Positions 61,525 through 64,000 of a DNA stretch of 64,000 nt are shown piece by piece; position 1 is the stretch's first letter; each line of letters begins with the position of its first letter. The stretch comes from Candidatus Bathyarchaeota archaeon (GTDB lineage Archaea > Thermoproteota > Bathyarchaeia > Bathyarchaeales > Bathycorpusculaceae): NCBI GenBank assembly GCA_963772455.1, contig CAVYXJ010000010.1, positions 1 through 64,000 of the forward strand. The letters run 5' to 3'. A program made the translations under genes and the position numbers. The notes beneath the pieces are model-generated. The model had not been told where the DNA came from and made no database searches. It saw only the letters and a program-made list of their open reading frames with translations.

Positions 61525-61895
61525 AGTACTTCCGCTTCGCGCCTCTACCAAATAGTAAAAGGGGTTATAAACGTTGCCTTCAAAAACGCAAAAGGATGGT
61601 ACAACTGTTGAAAAAATATTCAGGCACTTTCAGGTTATTTAGCGGTGCTAGATAAGCATTTTACATTTAGCTATCGTTTGCAACTAGGAAGATTTTCCCG
61701 TTCCAATCGTTAAGCTCATTTCTTTTACGATTTAATACTTTTGTAGGAGTAGTTATTTTAAAAAATTGGATTTAAGAAACAGAACGAGTTTGGAGTTATA
61801 TGATTTCTTATGAATCACCATCAAGAAAAGTGATTGAATTTTATTGGTCTTTAATGAAAACTCTTTTAGCCACAACAACAAATGTTTAGGCTGGA

Positions 61896-62021
61896 GCCGG
61901 GGTGGCGGAGTGGTTATCGCGCCAGCCTCGAGATCAAACAAAAGAGGGCTAAAGCCAGAAAATGGCAAGATAGCTGGTGGGCTTCGTGCTCGCAGGGGTT
62001 CGAATCCCTTCCCCGGCGCCA
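61896..62021 (+). tRNA. tRNA-Ser(CGA) with 39-nt canonical intron (61933..61971), long variable arm, encoded CCA
   Basis: GCCGGGG/CCCCGGC acceptor; CCAGC-CTCGAG|intron|A-GCTGG; GGGC-TTCGT-GCTC variable arm; GTTCGAATC. Confidence 0.92.
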
Positions 62022-62041
62022 TCAACTCAGCCATTTAACGA

Positions 62042-62074
62042 GTAGAAGAAGTGCAAATTTTTCAATCTTCTTCT
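62042..62074. repeat. Dispersed 33-bp imperfect palindrome, copy 2
   Basis: GTAGAAGAAGTGCAAATTTTTCAATCTTCTTCT; matches 6939..6971. Confidence 0.65.
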
Positions 62075-62137
62075 ATTGAACTTATTCTTTTAGCGCAACT
62101 AAATGCTAATCACAGAACCAAAAGATATTATTAATAC

Positions 62138-62695
62138 CTATTTTTCATTTGTCAATTCCAGAATTCTACTCCATTGTTCAGAAGTAAGTCGGAAGTTTGT
62201 GCCTTGCGGATTCATAAAAACCTGCATATTCAAGAGTGTTTTGTCTTCAACACATTCTCGTTGAAGAAGCGGCTTCTCTAAACATATCTTAAGGTATTCC
62301 ACATAAACACTGCATTTTTCTTGAAATTTGGTTAATTCATCTTTGTTAAGGAAATATTTCTCTTGATTGGGGTTAAGAGGATTCTTGACGGGATTATTCA
62401 ATATCTTACATAATGCAAAGATCCCCGCTTTCCGACCTGACCCCCAGACTGCAACTAAGTCACCTCTTTGAACAAGTTTTGAGTGTTGGCTTACCAGCCA
62501 TTGCTCAGGCTCTCGTGTTTCTTTTATTCTTTCAAACCAGTTGTACGCTGAAGGGTTAAACTGAAAAAGCCAATGTTTCGGTTGGGGTATAACATTAAGT
62601 AACGTTCCACAGCCCAGACAGAAATGACTACTGTTATACTGTTCAGCGGATTCTGTTTTTCTGCATCTTCTGCACTCAAACACTATTTTTGTCAA
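62138..62695 (-). CDS. EVE (PUA-like) domain protein with N-terminal Zn ribbon
   Basis: CRRC..CLGCG, then WLFQFNP..Y.W, W.V..V.RGD.V.VW.SG..GIFA, QGTNFRLT.EQW..I. Confidence 0.75.
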   Translation of the reverse strand: MTKIVFECRRCRKTESAEQYNSSHFCLGCGTLLNVIPQPKHWLFQFNPSAYNWFERIKETREPEQWLVSQHSKLVQRGDLVAVWGSGRKAGIFALCKILNNPVKNPLNPNQEKYFLNKDELTKFQEKCSVYVEYLKICLEKPLLQRECVEDKTLLNMQVFMNPQGTNFRLTSEQWSRILELTNEK

Positions 62696-63050
62696 ACAGC
62701 CACCTCTTTATTGTTAAAAAATAAGTTGAATCAAATCAATTTAACGTTTGAGTAATTTCATGCAGATCAACCAGGGGGTTGGTTTTTTTGGCTATAAAAT
62801 TTCACATGAAATCTCACGATGCATGGAAAATACCTTTGAGTTATGTATTAAGAAAGAAAGAGTCTGAAGAAAAAAGGGGGAAGGTGCGGAGAAACTGATT
62901 TGTTGGCGATATTTCCTCAAACTCGAGAGTTCGAATCCCTACCGAGTGCAATCGAAATACAATGGATAAATGTAATCTGCGGCTGTCGTAATTTGGGTTA
63001 ATTTTATATCCGAATCCAACAAAGTATTGTTTAATGAGAGGTTTAGCAAA

Positions 63051-63227
63051 ATGCAGAAGATTGCTGAGGGCATTAGTGACTTTGGTGATTTCAAGGCTGA
63101 CTTGTTTAAAACTTCAGATGGACGTCATTTTGTGCGATTTGAACCTTTGAAAAGTTTAGAAAAGCCACATGTTAGGTGGCTTTCTGGAAGTGACCATTTA
63201 GAATGGCTCAGATGCCTAGAAAGATAA
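63051..63227 (+). CDS. Small hypothetical protein
   Basis: ATG 63051 with GAGG upstream; 58 aa. Confidence 0.4.
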   Translation: MQKIAEGISDFGDFKADLFKTSDGRHFVRFEPLKSLEKPHVRWLSGSDHLEWLRCLER

Positions 63228-63316
63228 AGAATTGAAAACACATAAGCCCAACCTTTTAAATTGAAAAAATAAAAAATAGATAGTAATAAAAAAATTAAGA
63301 TAGTTCAAGAACGCTG

Positions 63317-64000
63317 TCATGTCATGTATGTAATATCGTCCCATGGATGTCTATAGAGACCTTGCTTGAGGCGTTTCTGGTCTAAAAAGTGAGCTGTCAT
63401 GCCGATGGTTCTGCCCAACAAGAACAAACCGTTGAGAGCACCCATCTTGATGTAATCATCTGCTTCTTCTTTTGGCATCTCGTTTCTGAGCATATCGACA
63501 AAGCAAATGCCTATGCAGCCATCCACGTTTAAGATGAGGTTGTCTTTCTTTTCGGTCGTCAGTTTCTCAACTTCAAGAGCATAATTTAGGAGCGGTGTAG
63601 CTTTGAAGTGCTTCTTTGCATATTCCTTCATGATTTTTACGCGCATATCAGGGTTGTTTACATTCTTGATTAAGTGACCAATTCCCTGAATATTTTCGCC
63701 TTTCTTCTTCATTTCTTCTACAAACATCGCTGGGGTTAAGCCTCTGTCGTAAGCATCTGAGAAGCTAAGAGCGGCACCATCTATGGCGCCCCCGAACCTT
63801 GGTCCGATAGTAAGCATGCCACTTGCAACCGATGACATCAAATCTTTGCCTGCCCGGGCTGCAACGATGGCATTGTGTGCACCTGAGACAGCGGGACCGT
63901 GGTCAGCTGTAACCATAATCGCCATCTCTATGAACTTAGTTGCATATGCTGGGAACTGACGTTTAAACCAGAGAATGCTCAATACGCCGCCTATACCTAT
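63317..64000 (-). CDS. aclA: ATP-citrate lyase, C-terminal citryl-CoA lyase domain (5' part outside window)
   Basis: [61 protein letters not shown]. Confidence 0.88.
   Translation of the reverse strand: MGIGGVLSILWFKRQFPAYATKFIEMAIMVTADHGPAVSGAHNAIVAARAGKDLMSSVASGMLTIGPRFGGAIDGAALSFSDAYDRGLTPAMFVEEMKKKGENIQGIGHLIKNVNNPDMRVKIMKEYAKKHFKATPLLNYALEVEKLTTEKKDNLILNVDGCIGICFVDMLRNEMPKEEADDYIKMGALNGLFLLGRTIGMTAHFLDQKRLKQGLYRHPWDDITYMT

Noticed and set aside
89-62079. Numerous short ORFs antisense to or inside known genes, or over tRNAs (e.g. 2450..2929, 22458..22979, 45119..45541, 61753..62079)
   Set aside because: Shadow ORFs with no motifs, overlapping well-supported features.
1-64000. CRISPR arrays, rRNA genes, transposases, integrases, Sec/Pyl recoding
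   Set aside because: None recognisable by eye. The only notable in-frame TAG is in the decayed PIN remnant.

Overview
Archaeal chromosomal DNA, AT-rich and gene-dense, most likely Bathyarchaeia. This is an inference from the co-occurrence of eS25/eS26, an HMf-type histone, Alba, class I LysRS, CofD, Fae-Hps and tetraether synthase. Positions 1-9.5 kb are a glycan/surface-modification cluster (glycosyltransferases, two B12-binding radical SAM genes, NDP-sugar dehydrogenase, acetyltransferase, DUF354). The rest is mostly housekeeping: ribosomal proteins, thermosome, RNAP subunits, aIF2-gamma, SerRS, LysRS, and three tRNAs, one with an intron. The window ends in an ATP-citrate lyase gene. About 14 single-base frameshifts, some in essential genes, look like sequencing or assembly indels. 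Most interesting observations: (i) a predicted membrane-anchored winged-HTH protein divergent from a DUF996 membrane operon, separated by three 17-bp palindromes at exact 21-bp spacing; (ii) a Fae-Hps formaldehyde enzyme with an extra N-terminal HTH and repeated ATGTC/GACAT half-sites at its own promoter; (iii) a ~120-nt multi-helix ncRNA candidate between alba and serS, plus a structured alba leader; (iv) a YdjG/YdjI-like SPFH/zinc-ribbon operon with an unknown helical protein; (v) a TrpY/TRP-box circuit on trpB2; (vi) a 33-bp palindromic repeat present twice, 55 kb apart. All calls were made by eye, without database searches or folding software.
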